Shown here in pieces: positions 35,801 through 44,936 of a stretch of DNA of 64,000 nt; position 1 is the first letter of the stretch; each line of letters begins with the position of its first letter. The stretch covers positions 47,670 through 111,669 of the forward strand of contig JAEWOG010000090.1 of assembly GCA_023460975.1 (NCBI GenBank). The letters are read 5' to 3'. Below the pieces are notes generated by a model, which had not been told where the DNA came from, did no database searches, and worked only from the letters and a program-made list of their open reading frames with translations. This stretch comes from Actinomycetes bacterium (GTDB taxonomy: Bacteria > Actinomycetota > Actinomycetes > Propionibacteriales > Nocardioidaceae). The translations under genes were made by a program, and so were the position numbers.

Positions 35801-37375
35801 TGGGCGGTGATCGAGGATGTGGCTCGGTTGCGGGACGGCCTCGGTGTCCCCGTCCCCGCGGGCACTCCGGTCGACTTCACCGATCCGGTCGCCGACCCCG
35901 TGGGAGATCTGGTCCAGAGGTACGCCCGGACGCACGGGCCCTTCACCGTGGCCGATGTGGCGCAGCGGCTGGGGCTGGGGGTCGCGATCGTACGGTCGAC
36001 GCTCCACCGGCTCGCGGCGCGAGGCAGGGTGATCGACGGCGAGTTCCGTCCCGCCGGCTCGGGCGAGGAGTGGTGTGACGCCGAGGTCCTGCGGATGCTG
36101 CGCCGCCGGTCGCTGGCCCGGCTGCGCCAGGAGATCGAGCCCGTCCCGCCCGAGGCGCTGGGCAGGTTCCTGCCTGCATGGCAGCACGTGGGCGGGCGTC
36201 TGCGCGGCGTCGACGGCGTCCTGCGCGCCGTCGAGCAGCTGGGCGGCGCGGTCGTGCCCGCCAGCGCGCTGGAGTCGTGGGTGCTCCCTGCACGGGTGCG
36301 CGACTACCAACCAGGCATGCTCGACGAACTCACCGTCGCGGGCGAGGTGCTGTGGGCTGGCCACGGCGCGTTGCCGGGGACGGACGGCTCCATCTCCCTC
36401 CACCTTGCGGACCACGCGCACCTCACCTTGCCCCTCCCCGAGCCCGTCGAGGCCGACACGCAGGCCCACGCGCTGCTGGATCTGCTCTCGCCGGGCGGCG
36501 CTTGGTTCTTCAGGGGTCTGGCTGACTCCCTGGGCTCGACCGACGACGCCGCCCTCTCCGCCCAGATCTGGGACCTCGTCTGGGCCGGCCATCTGACCAA
36601 CGACACGATCGCGCCGCTCCGAGCCATGGTCCGTTCCGGCCGCGCCACCCACCGCTCACGCCGCCCACCCCCGCGGACCGGACGGATGCCGGCGCGCTCC
36701 GGGCCTCCCGAGACCGCCGGGCGCTGGTCCTTGCTGCCCGAGCCCGAGCGCGATGCCACCCTCCGCGCCCACGCCCAAGCAGAGCGCCTGCTCGACAGGC
36801 ACGGGGTCGTGACCCGGGGCGCTGTGGTCGCCGAGCGCACGCCGGGCGGCTTTGCCGCGGCGTACAAGACGCTCGCCGCGTTCGAGGACGCCGGCCGGGT
36901 CCGCCGCGGCTACTTCGTCGCGGGCCTGGGAGCCGCACAGTTCGCGACCCCGGGGTCGGTCGACCGCGTACGGACGTTTGCCGAGCCCCGCGCGGAGGTG
37001 TCAGCTGTGTGCCTGGCAGCGACCGATCCCGCAAATCCGTACGGAGCAGCGTTGCCGTGGCCGGAGCCGCCCTCGGGGCATCGTCCGGGGCGCAAGGCCG
37101 GAGGCGTCGTCGCGTTGGTCGAGGGCGAGTTGGTGCTCTATGTCGAGCGGGGCGGGCGCACGATGCTCACGTGGTCGGACGACCCTGGTCTCCTCGCAGC
37201 AGCCATGAGTGCCGTGGCTGAGCAGCACGCGCGCGGCAATGCCGAGGACATCACCGTCGAGAAGGCGAACGGAGAGCCCCTGCTCGGGAGCGGCCCCACG
37301 GCGCTGCGCGAGGCGCTGTCCGCTGCGGGATTCGTCGCGACCCCCAGAGGGTTGCGACTGCGCGCTCGCGGGTAG
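32897..37375 (+). CDS. lhr: ATP-dependent DNA helicase Lhr (long form, about 1490 aa)
   Basis: GTG at 32897 (VNALGDFHSSTREWFSAAFADPTPAQ...) aligns with the start of mycobacterial Lhr. Motif I APTGSGKT, DEVH, SATV, HHGSVSKEQR. The long C-terminal domain is typical of Lhr. An alternative ATG lies at 32816. Confidence 0.9.
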   Translation: MNALGDFHSSTREWFSAAFADPTPAQSGAWGAISSGHHTLVVAPTGSGKTLSAFLWSLDRLLHRPSPQERTHRTRVLYVSPLKALAVDVERNLRAPLVGIRATAERLGESVTDVAVGIRSGDTSPADRRRLTTSPPDILITTPESLFLMLTSRAREQLAGVETVILDEVHAVAGTKRGAHLALSLERLDALLSSPAQRIGLSATVRPLDEVARFLGGPHDVRTVVPTSTKSWHLTAEVPVQDMTTPAEYDDDGDPRAARSMWPHVEERVVDLIQAHRSTIVFANSRRLAERVTARLNEIAAEREGEAIAHEGAVPALVPGQSGASAGASTVLARAHHGSVSKEQRAAVEDDLKAGRLPAVVATSSLELGIDMGAVDLVVQIASPPSVASALQRVGRAGHQVGETSNGVLFPTHRADLIPTAVALERMRSGQIEQLRVPANPLDVLAQQIVAATAMDTWQVDELYALVIRTASFSRLPRSAFDATLDLLAGRYPSDEFAELRPRLVWDRVAGTIAGRPGAQRLAVTSGGTIPDRGLFGVFLVGEGTGRRVGELDEEMVYESRVGDVFALGSTSWRIEDITHDRVLVTPAPGVPGRLPFWKGDTLGRPYELGAAIGAFTREVAALPPAAARTRAEEVGFDAWAAENLAAYLEEQREATATLPHDRQILVERFRDELGDWRLVIHSPFGTPVHAPWALAINARLRERLGVDGAAVASDDGIVVRIPDTDAEPPTADLVVFEPDEIDSIVSAEVTGSALFASRFRECAARALLLPRRDPGRRSPLWQQRQRASQLLEVASAYPSFPIILEAVRECLQDVYDLPGLVDLMRRVESRTVDVVDIETPRPSPFAANLLFGYVAQFVYEGDSPIAERRAAALSLDQGLLAELLGRAELRELLDPEVLAEVEAEVQRLAPRRRARSAEGIVDLIRLLGPLSTDEVAARSAVDDVEAVLTDLAHARRCVQVRVAGEERWAVIEDVARLRDGLGVPVPAGTPVDFTDPVADPVGDLVQRYARTHGPFTVADVAQRLGLGVAIVRSTLHRLAARGRVIDGEFRPAGSGEEWCDAEVLRMLRRRSLARLRQEIEPVPPEALGRFLPAWQHVGGRLRGVDGVLRAVEQLGGAVVPASALESWVLPARVRDYQPGMLDELTVAGEVLWAGHGALPGTDGSISLHLADHAHLTLPLPEPVEADTQAHALLDLLSPGGAWFFRGLADSLGSTDDAALSAQIWDLVWAGHLTNDTIAPLRAMVRSGRATHRSRRPPPRTGRMPARSGPPETAGRWSLLPEPERDATLRAHAQAERLLDRHGVVTRGAVVAERTPGGFAAAYKTLAAFEDAGRVRRGYFVAGLGAAQFATPGSVDRVRTFAEPRAEVSAVCLAATDPANPYGAALPWPEPPSGHRPGRKAGGVVALVEGELVLYVERGGRTMLTWSDDPGLLAAAMSAVAEQHARGNAEDITVEKANGEPLLGSGPTALREALSAAGFVATPRGLRLRARG

Positions 37376-37385
37376 ACCGGTGGCC

Positions 37386-37703
37386 TCAGGCCGCCGAGGC
37401 CACGACCTCGCCGCTGGGGCGCACGCTGGAGATCGGCGTCGCGGCGGCTGCCACCCGGCCCACCAGGGCCTCTTCGTGGGCCACGGCGTCGGAGACGTCG
37501 CGCAGCACCTGCGACAGGGGAAGGTCCATGGCGCCGCACAGCGAGGCCAGCAGCTCCGAGGACGCCTCCTTCTGGCCGCGCTCGATCTCGGAGATGTAGC
37601 CGAGGCTGACGCGGGCGTCAGCGGAGAGCTCACGCAGCGTCAGGCCGCGCTCCACGCGGGCTGCGCGCAGCACCTCGCCGAGTGTGCGACGAAACAGCAC
37701 CAT
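37386..37703 (-). CDS. clgR: XRE-family HTH regulator ClgR
   Basis: GEVLRAARVERGLTLRELSADARVSLGYISEIERGQKEASSELLASLCGAMDLPLS closely parallels mycobacterial and Streptomyces ClgR. The position near cinA and pgsA is conserved. Confidence 0.8.
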   Translation of the reverse strand: MVLFRRTLGEVLRAARVERGLTLRELSADARVSLGYISEIERGQKEASSELLASLCGAMDLPLSQVLRDVSDAVAHEEALVGRVAAAATPISSVRPSGEVVASAA

Positions 37704-37757
37704 GCGGGTCCTCCTCTGTGCGAGCCAACGGGGCCAGTGCCACCGGTGAGCCCAACG

Positions 37758-38240
37758 CTACCGGAGACCCCCTTGTTCCCGTGGCAGCATCTCCCCGATG
37801 AGCGCCAGCGCGGCGTCGACGGCGCCCTGCTGCACGGCTGCGCGATCCCCTGGCAGATCGAGCTGGCGGGTCGCCTCGCCGCTGGGTCCCGCCACCGCGA
37901 GGTGTACACGCCCCACCGGCTTGCCCTCCTGCTGCTCGGGTCCCGCGACGCCCGTCGTACTGACGCCGTACGAGGCGCCGAGCAACGTTCGTACGCCACG
38001 AGCCATGGCCACCGCGCACTCGGCGGACACCGCGCCGACGCCGTCGACGACGTCGCGCGGCACGCCCAGGACGGCCACCTTGACCTCGGTCGCGTACGAG
38101 ACCACTCCTCCGAGGTAGGCCGCCGATGCCCCGGGAACCGCGGTCACAGCCGCAGCCAATTGGCCGCCTGTGAGGGACTCGGCGGTGGCGAGCGAGACGC
38201 CTGCTGCGCGCATGGTCCCGATCAACTGGGCGGCATCCAT
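37758..38240 (-). CDS. cinA: CinA C-terminal domain protein (nicotinamide-nucleotide amidohydrolase PncC-like)
   Basis: ATG at 38240 (MDAAQLIGTMRAAGVSLATAESLTGGQLAAA...). AESLTGG, YLGGVVSYA and STTGVAGP motifs. Confidence 0.8.
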   Translation of the reverse strand: MDAAQLIGTMRAAGVSLATAESLTGGQLAAAVTAVPGASAAYLGGVVSYATEVKVAVLGVPRDVVDGVGAVSAECAVAMARGVRTLLGASYGVSTTGVAGPEQQEGKPVGRVHLAVAGPSGEATRQLDLPGDRAAVQQGAVDAALALIGEMLPREQGGLR

Positions 38241-38270
38241 GCGCGCACCGTAGCAGCGCCCGCGCACACG

Positions 38271-38309
38271 CATCAGGGCCCGGGAGTGAGTCACTCCCGG
38301 GCCCTGATG
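38271..38309 (-). terminator. Perfect 39-bp palindrome (19-bp arms) downstream of the 5'-nucleotidase gene
   Basis: catcagggcccgggagtga-g-tcactcccgggccctgatg, 15 nt after the stop at 38324 and 31 nt upstream of the cinA start. Confidence 0.7.
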
Positions 38310-38323
38310 GTCACGCTGATGGG

Positions 38324-40606
38324 TCAGCGGCGCTGCACGCGCAGCTGGTACACCTTCTTGTGCGGGCGGTACTGGGGGTTGCCCAAGTACTTGACCCGAA
38401 CGGTGCGCACACCGGGCTTCACGAAGCGCGGCAGGAAGAACTTCGCCTTCGAGCGCTTCGTCCCAGCGATCTTCTGCAGCACCGCGACGTAGCGCTTGCC
38501 TGCGACGCGGATCTGGACCTTGCCCTTCACGACGCCGCCGTTGCGCGCGGTCATGATGACGCGCACCCGCGGACGGGTCACCTTGGCCCGGATCTTCTTC
38601 GGGAAGGCGTCGACGCGAGTCACCTTGGCGCGGATGCGCTTGACCTCACGCGTGATGGTGGTGTTGGAGGGCTGGGCCACCAGTTCGACGGCCTGACCGC
38701 CCGGCACCTCGAACTTGACGTTCGCGGCGCCGTTGCGCACGGGCACGGTCTTGATCACCTTGCGCTTGCCGTTGCGCACCCGAACCACCTGGACAGACGT
38801 GTTCGCGGGCGAGCCCTTCGAGGTCAGGTCGAGGCCAGTGACCTTCGCCTTGACCTTCTCCCCCGCCGTCTGCAGGCGGTCAGCAATGTTGGTGACGACG
38901 GTCTGCTGGCGGGCGAAGTCGGGGCCGACCGGGTGACCCTGGAGGTACCCGACCCACACTTCACGGTCCACAAGACCAGTGTCGTGTGCCGTCCCGAGCT
39001 TGAACGAGGCAAAGTTGTCGCCACCCGTGGCGAGGAACGAGAAGGTGGAGACCTTGTACGTCTTCGTCTCGATCAGCCACTCGTCGTTGATCCGCACCGA
39101 GGTGATGCGCTTGCCCTGGGCCTGGGACGGGTCCTGGGTGACTTCGACGTTGTCGGACAGGCCGAGGTGCAGGTAGGGGCGGTCCGCACCTGCGGGCTGC
39201 CACTGCTCCTCGAGCACGGCCTTGATCTGCGCACCGGTCATGTCGACCGTCCACACGTTGTTGACGAACGGCAGGACGTTGTTCGCCTCCGCGTACGTGA
39301 TGACGCCATCGGTGTCGGCCGGGTTCGTGGCCGGGTTGCCGGCGTACGACAGGTCAGCGCGCAGGCCGCCCGGATTGACGATGCCGATGTCGGGCTTGCC
39401 AGCGGTGGCCGGCAGGCCGTCACGCAGCGCGTTCGCCACGAGATCACCGAGCGTCGACTCGGCGCCACGGTCCTCGATCGGCTTCCCGTCGGGGGCAGTG
39501 CCCTTGTAGGCACGCGTGATGTCGGCGGTGAGGCGCCCGACCGGCTGGTTGCCGATCTCCTTGGCCTTGGCCAGCGCGGCCGTGACGATGTCGTCGACCT
39601 TCTTGACCGTTTCGTTGGTCAGGTCCGCCGCGTCCGCCGCCTTGTGGTTCGCGGCCGTGTACGTGACGACCTCGCCGGTGTCCGGGTCAACGTTGAGCGT
39701 GACCTGGCCGACGTTGGCCGCGTACTGACCGGTCTGGAGGATCGGCCGGGTCTTGCCCGGAACTCCGGGAACCGGCGCGTCCCATGCGTACACCTGGTGG
39801 GTGTGACCGTTGAAGATCGCGTCGACGTGGCTGTCGAGGTTCGCCATGCGCTGGAACTCGCCCGCCTTGGCGACCTCAGCGGCATAGCTCGAACCCGCGC
39901 CCTGCTCGGCGCCCGCGTGGAACGTGGCGACGATGACGTCTGCCTCCCCGTTGGCGTCGTTGCCGTCGCTCAACTGGCCTGCCACGCGGTTCACTGCAGC
40001 CACGGGGTCACCGAAGTCGAGATCGGCAATGCCGTTCGGCGACACCAGCGTGGGCACCTCCTCGGTCACGGCCCCCACGACCGCCACCTTGAGAGTGCCG
40101 ACGTCATAGCTGGCGTACTCCGGCAGGACGGGATTCTGGGTGCCCTTGGCGTACACGTTCGCGCCCAGGTAGTCCCACGTCGCGTTCGTCTTGCCCTTGA
40201 TCACGCGGTCGCGCAGATCCGCCCAGCCCTGGTCGAACTCGTGGTTGCCCACCGCAGAGGCGTTCAGTCCCAGCGTGTTGAGGACGTCGATGGTCGGCTG
40301 GTCAGCCGCCGAGGCCGAGGCGAACTCCGAGGCGCCGATGAGGTCACCGGCACCCACCACGAGGTTCGCGGCAGCTGTCGGGCTCTTGAGCGACTCGAGC
40401 GTCGTGGCCCACTTGGACGTGTTGGTGTTGATCCGGCCGTGGAAGTCGTTGATGCCGATCAGGTTGATGGCGATCGGGTCCGCGGCATGCGCCGGCGCAG
40501 CCACCGTCGCCGTCGCCACGACGGCCAAGGGAGCTGCGATCAGGCTGGCGGCGGTGGCCGCCGAGACCAGATGTCGAACTCTGTTTCCGGGATTGGTCAC
40601 GAGCAA
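38324..40606 (-). CDS. Secreted bifunctional metallophosphatase / 5'-nucleotidase with basic Ig-like C-terminal domains
   Basis: Signal-peptide-like N-terminus ending APAHAADP. GINDFHGRI, GAGDLIGAS and GNHEFD metallophosphoesterase motifs, then a 5'-nucleotidase C-terminal domain (GGLRADL...). About 160 aa of Lys/Arg-rich beta-strand-like tail follows. The start is TTG 40606 or GTG 40600. Confidence 0.85.
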   Translation of the reverse strand: MLVTNPGNRVRHLVSAATAASLIAAPLAVVATATVAAPAHAADPIAINLIGINDFHGRINTNTSKWATTLESLKSPTAAANLVVGAGDLIGASEFASASAADQPTIDVLNTLGLNASAVGNHEFDQGWADLRDRVIKGKTNATWDYLGANVYAKGTQNPVLPEYASYDVGTLKVAVVGAVTEEVPTLVSPNGIADLDFGDPVAAVNRVAGQLSDGNDANGEADVIVATFHAGAEQGAGSSYAAEVAKAGEFQRMANLDSHVDAIFNGHTHQVYAWDAPVPGVPGKTRPILQTGQYAANVGQVTLNVDPDTGEVVTYTAANHKAADAADLTNETVKKVDDIVTAALAKAKEIGNQPVGRLTADITRAYKGTAPDGKPIEDRGAESTLGDLVANALRDGLPATAGKPDIGIVNPGGLRADLSYAGNPATNPADTDGVITYAEANNVLPFVNNVWTVDMTGAQIKAVLEEQWQPAGADRPYLHLGLSDNVEVTQDPSQAQGKRITSVRINDEWLIETKTYKVSTFSFLATGGDNFASFKLGTAHDTGLVDREVWVGYLQGHPVGPDFARQQTVVTNIADRLQTAGEKVKAKVTGLDLTSKGSPANTSVQVVRVRNGKRKVIKTVPVRNGAANVKFEVPGGQAVELVAQPSNTTITREVKRIRAKVTRVDAFPKKIRAKVTRPRVRVIMTARNGGVVKGKVQIRVAGKRYVAVLQKIAGTKRSKAKFFLPRFVKPGVRTVRVKYLGNPQYRPHKKVYQLRVQRR

Positions 40607-40747
40607 TACCCCTCACGTGTCTTTTCGGGTGATGTCTCACCCGACCCCGCGGTATGGACCATTCGGGTCAGGTGATCCAGACCACCATAACCAGAGATAC
40701 CGGTGTGACGCGTGGTGAGGGGGTGGTGCGCGCGTACCCCAAGTGGG

Positions 40748-41380
40748 TCAGGCGCGAGTGGCCGAGCGCTGGCGCCACACGTCGCGGAAGAACTCGTACC
40801 CCGACCACAGCGTCATCACGACAGCGCCTGCGAGAGCTGCCTGGCCGACGTAGAACAGACCCTCGCCGATCACGCCCCACGCGTCGAAGTTGCCGCCATG
40901 GGCATTGCCGTGCGGCAGCGGCCACAGCAACAGGCCCAGGGCCACGGCTTGCAGCGTCGTCTTGATCTTGCCGCTGGCCGCCGCCGGGATCACGACGTGC
41001 TTGAGCACCGAGAGGCGCAGCAGGGTGACACTCCACTCGCGCAGCAGCACGACGATGGTGACCCACCACCAGATGTCCCCCACGATGGAGAGCCCGATGA
41101 AGGCCATCCCCGTGATCGCCTTGTCCGCGATGGGGTCCGCGATCTTGCCGAAGTCGGTCACCAGGTTGTGCTTGCGCGCCAGATCGCCGTCGATCTTGTC
41201 GGTGATCATCGCGACGGCGAAGATCGCGAACGCGATCCAGCGCCAAGTGACAGAGTCGCCGCCGTCCTGCAGCAGCGCCCACCCGAACACCGGCACCATG
41301 AAGATGCGCAGCGTCGTGAGCATGTTGGGCACGTTCCAGTTCGAGGGCTTGGCCTCGTGGTCCTGCAGCGGCTCCGTCAT
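40748..41380 (-). CDS. pgsA: CDP-diacylglycerol--glycerol-3-phosphate 3-phosphatidyltransferase
   Basis: CDP-alcohol phosphotransferase motif DKIDGDLARKHNLVTDFGKIADPIADK, with an N-terminus NVPNMLTTLRI. Confidence 0.9.
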   Translation of the reverse strand: MTEPLQDHEAKPSNWNVPNMLTTLRIFMVPVFGWALLQDGGDSVTWRWIAFAIFAVAMITDKIDGDLARKHNLVTDFGKIADPIADKAITGMAFIGLSIVGDIWWWVTIVVLLREWSVTLLRLSVLKHVVIPAAASGKIKTTLQAVALGLLLWPLPHGNAHGGNFDAWGVIGEGLFYVGQAALAGAVVMTLWSGYEFFRDVWRQRSATRA

Positions 41381-42858
41381 CAGTGAGCTCCCTCGACTCG
41401 CGCGATCAGGTCGACCCCGTCGGTGTCGACCACCACGGCCCGGACGAGATCTCCGACGGCCGCCTGCGGAGCATCCTCCAGCATCGTGGTTCCGTCCACT
41501 TCAGGACCCTGGTGGGCGGCGCGCCCTTCGACCTCGTCGTCCTCGACGGACTCGACCAGCACCTCGACGACCTCGCCGATGCGTTCCTCGGCGCGCTGGG
41601 CGTTGAGCTCCTCGACCAGAGCACTCAGGCGCTCGGTGCGGACACGAATCTCGTCCTCGTCGAGCTTGAGGGCATCGTCGAAGGCGGCGGCTTCGGTGCC
41701 GTCCTCGTCGGAGTAGCCGAACACGCCCGTGACATCCATGCGGGCCTGGGTGAGGAAGTCACACAGCGTCTCGAAGTCATCCTCCGTCTCGCCCGGGAAC
41801 CCGACGATCACGTTGGAACGCACCCCCGCCTGCGGCGCCAGCTCCCGAATCCGCTCAAGCAGCGCCAGGAAGCTCTCGGGGTCTCCGAAGCGACGCATGC
41901 GCCGCAGCACCGAGGCGGACGCGTGCTGGAAGGACAGGTCGAAGTACGGCACCACGCCCGGCGTGGTGGCGATCGCCTCGAGCAGACCGGGGCGCGTCTC
42001 GGCGGGCTGGAGGTAGGACACCCGCACGCGCTCGATCCCGTCGATCGAGGCCAGTTCGGGAAGCATCGTCTCGAGGAGGCGCAGGTCCCCCAGGTCCTTG
42101 CCGTACGAGGTCGAGTTCTCCGAGACGAGGAACAACTCCTTGACGCCCTCCCCGGCCAGCCAGCGGGCCTCCGCGACGACGTCGGAGGGGCGGCGACTGA
42201 CGAACGAGCCACGGAATGCCGGGATCGCGCAGAACGAGCAGCGACGATCGCAGCCGCTCGCCAGCTTGAGGGGGGCCATCGGCCCGGAGTCGAGTCGGCG
42301 GCGTACGGTCCGCGGGCCGGACTGGGGCGCGCCCTGACCGATCTCATCGGTGGCCGCGGGCTCAACGGCGTGGCCCGGCACCGAGATGGTGGACGCATCG
42401 CGCTCGGCGGGCGTGATCGGCAGCAGCCGGCGCCGGTCCGAGGGAGTGTGCGGGTGGTGCGGCTGGCCGGCCACGATCGAGCGCAGCCGCTCCGCGATGT
42501 CCGGGTAGTCGTCGAAGCCCAGCACGGCGTCGGCCTCGGGCAGCGACTCGGCGAGATCCTTGCCGTACCGCTCGGCGAGACAGCCGACAGCGACGACGGC
42601 CTGGGTGCGGCCCTGCGTCTTGAGGTCGGCGGCCTCCAGGAGGGTGTCGACGGAGTCCTTCTTGGCGGACTCGACGAACCCGCAGGTGTTCACCACGACG
42701 GTGTCGGCCTGGTCAGGGTCGGCCACCAGCCTGAACCCTCCGGCCTCCAGTCGGCCGGCCAACTCCTCGGAATCCACCTCGTTGCGGGCACATCCGAGGG
42801 TCACCATGGCCACGCTCAGCAAGGAGCTGGCCTCGTCTGCTTGTGTGTGAGTGGTCAT
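41380..42858 (-). CDS. rimO: Ribosomal protein S12 methylthiotransferase RimO (radical SAM MTTase)
   Basis: ATG at 42858. N-terminal MTTase cluster region [13 protein letters not shown]...NTCGF, radical-SAM CDRRCSFC, and a C-terminal TRAM domain. Its stop overlaps the pgsA start by 1 nt. Confidence 0.85.
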   Translation of the reverse strand: MTTHTQADEASSLLSVAMVTLGCARNEVDSEELAGRLEAGGFRLVADPDQADTVVVNTCGFVESAKKDSVDTLLEAADLKTQGRTQAVVAVGCLAERYGKDLAESLPEADAVLGFDDYPDIAERLRSIVAGQPHHPHTPSDRRRLLPITPAERDASTISVPGHAVEPAATDEIGQGAPQSGPRTVRRRLDSGPMAPLKLASGCDRRCSFCAIPAFRGSFVSRRPSDVVAEARWLAGEGVKELFLVSENSTSYGKDLGDLRLLETMLPELASIDGIERVRVSYLQPAETRPGLLEAIATTPGVVPYFDLSFQHASASVLRRMRRFGDPESFLALLERIRELAPQAGVRSNVIVGFPGETEDDFETLCDFLTQARMDVTGVFGYSDEDGTEAAAFDDALKLDEDEIRVRTERLSALVEELNAQRAEERIGEVVEVLVESVEDDEVEGRAAHQGPEVDGTTMLEDAPQAAVGDLVRAVVVDTDGVDLIARVEGAH

Positions 42859-42917
42859 CGCACAAGCGAGTATGCCGCCTCGGCGCGGGAACGAGCGCAC
42901 CCACGAATGCCGCGAGG

Positions 42918-42952
42918 GCCGGTGGTGAGCAGCGTCACTGCTCTCCACCGGC
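42918..42952 (-). terminator. Stem-loop downstream of the RodZ-like gene
   Basis: gccggtggtgagcag-cgtca-ctgctctccaccggc (15-bp arms, one mismatch), about 50 nt after the stop at 43002. Confidence 0.5.
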
Positions 42953-43001
42953 CCCCATCACGGGCTCGTCACGCGGACGCATGCCCCGCGGTGCGTACGC
43001 C

Positions 43002-44936
43002 TCAGCGGACGACGAAGGTCGCCTGGCCACTCACACCGGGCTCCCCGACCGCGGATGCCTCACCACCGGCGAGGGCCACGGTGACGGAGCCGTCGCTGGA
43101 CTGCACCCGCACCGGAGGCGACGCCTTGAGGCTGTGCGACTCCCCGGCCGCGAGGCTGCCCTTGTAGACGATTTCGCCGGCGCCGTCGCGTACGACCACG
43201 TGGGCGCCACCGGTGGCCGCCACCACGTCGACACTGACGGGGTCGGCGGGCGCAGCCGCGGACCCGTTGGGCCCGCCCGACCCGTTCAGGACGGGAGTGG
43301 CGGGGCGCAGGTCGGCCGGACTGTCCATGACGAGCCGGACGATCGACCAGCACAGGACCACAGCCATCACGACTGCGACGAGGACGGACCAGTTCGGGCC
43401 CCCTCGAGTGCTCCGGATCGACCCGTTGACCCCGGTGGCGAGCTCGGCCTCGAACACACGCCGGGGGTTGATCGGCGCGTGCGCGTAGCGCTGGTCGTAC
43501 GTCGCCAGCAACTGCTCGCCGTCAACCCCCAGGACGCGGGCCAACGTGCGCAGATGACCGCGTGCGTAGAAGTCGCCACCGCAGGGCTCGAAGTCGTCGA
43601 CCTCGATGGAGGAGATCACGTGCGAACGGATTCGGGTGCGCTCGGCCAGCGCATCGACACTCAGGCCGAGGCGCGTACGTGCCGCCGCCAGTTCCGGCCC
43701 GATGACGGGGTCCTGGGCCGGCGCGACCTCGAAGTCGTCAAGGACCAACGGCTCGACGGCGTCTCCGGGGCGTGCGATCGGGCGCACCCGGTCGCCCCAC
43801 GCCTGGGTCTCCTCGACCAGATCGACGTGGCCGGGACTGCGCAGCGAGCGGCCCACCAGCGGGCTCGCATCGATGTCGTCCTCGGGCAGGTCGATCGTGA
43901 TCTCGTGCCGGCGCGCGCTGGTGAGCGCTCGGACGGGACTCGGCGCCCCCTGCTCGCGTGGCTCGTGAGCACCCTCGTCGCCGGAAAGCCCACCGACGTG
44001 CCACTCACGGGTCGCGTCGGGATCCTCATCGAGGGCCTCGTGCAGGTCGTCGGTGGCGAGGTCGGCGTCAGCCTCCCTCGTTCCGGCAGCCTCCTCGAGT
44101 CGCACGAGCCAGTGCGCGAGCCGGGCGCGCGCCGGGGCGTACCACGGGGCGCGCCCCTCGGCGGACTGACCTGCCTGCTCCTCCTGCGTGTCCTGCTGGT
44201 CCGCACGCTTCTCGTGGCCGTGGTCCTCGTGGCCCGACTGCACAGACTCGGCGGCCTGGGTGGACTTGGTGTCGGACTCAGGGGCGGACGGAACCTCCAG
44301 CACGGCAGTCGGCTCGACGTCGTCCGTGGACGACTCGTGGGTGGGCTCGATCTCCACCACCCGCGACGCATCGGGGGCGAGCCGGGCCAGCGCCTGACCG
44401 AGGTCGTCCCCAGCGCCGCGCAGCGTGGTCGTCACCCCCAGCGGCACAGCGAGGCCCGCACCGTGCAGCCGGCGCGAGAGGCGTACGTGGCGGCGCGCAG
44501 AGGCATCGAGTTCGGACTCGAAGCGTTCCTCGTTGTGCGGGACCACCACGAGGCGGGGGTCGGACCACGGCGAGCGGCGACGCTCGTGCTCGACGTGGTG
44601 CACGGCTCCCCACACCAGTCCGTGCCACGCGCGGCCCAGGCGGATGCGTACGCCGTGCTCGTCGGCGACCAGCAGCGGCGTGCGGGCGTCGACCAGAGCG
44701 ATCAGCCAGGCAGTGGCCAGCACCCCCAGACCCACGGCCAGCGCCCAGTCCCAGACGCTGCCCGACTGCGCGGCGCGTGCCAGGTAGGCGATCGCGACCC
44801 CAGCGCTCACCACACCGAGAGCGCCGGAGACGACCGGGTTGCGGCGCACCTCCACCGGCTCGGGAGCCAGCTCCAGCACGGTCGGCCCCTGATCCGGCGT
44901 CTGTTCGACCGTCAGTTCCTCTGCAGCACCCATCAC
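43002..44936 (-). CDS. RodZ-like HTH (XRE) membrane protein with a DUF4115-like C-terminus and an extra membrane-anchored N-terminal domain
   Basis: Central [31 protein letters not shown] (RodZ-type HTH), a single TM helix ([18 protein letters not shown]), and a C-terminal beta-rich [20 protein letters not shown]. The N-terminal 200 aa has 2 TM helices plus a PH-like segment. Its start overlaps the ftsK stop. Confidence 0.7.
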   Translation of the reverse strand: MMGAAEELTVEQTPDQGPTVLELAPEPVEVRRNPVVSGALGVVSAGVAIAYLARAAQSGSVWDWALAVGLGVLATAWLIALVDARTPLLVADEHGVRIRLGRAWHGLVWGAVHHVEHERRRSPWSDPRLVVVPHNEERFESELDASARRHVRLSRRLHGAGLAVPLGVTTTLRGAGDDLGQALARLAPDASRVVEIEPTHESSTDDVEPTAVLEVPSAPESDTKSTQAAESVQSGHEDHGHEKRADQQDTQEEQAGQSAEGRAPWYAPARARLAHWLVRLEEAAGTREADADLATDDLHEALDEDPDATREWHVGGLSGDEGAHEPREQGAPSPVRALTSARRHEITIDLPEDDIDASPLVGRSLRSPGHVDLVEETQAWGDRVRPIARPGDAVEPLVLDDFEVAPAQDPVIGPELAAARTRLGLSVDALAERTRIRSHVISSIEVDDFEPCGGDFYARGHLRTLARVLGVDGEQLLATYDQRYAHAPINPRRVFEAELATGVNGSIRSTRGGPNWSVLVAVVMAVVLCWSIVRLVMDSPADLRPATPVLNGSGGPNGSAAAPADPVSVDVVAATGGAHVVVRDGAGEIVYKGSLAAGESHSLKASPPVRVQSSDGSVTVALAGGEASAVGEPGVSGQATFVVR

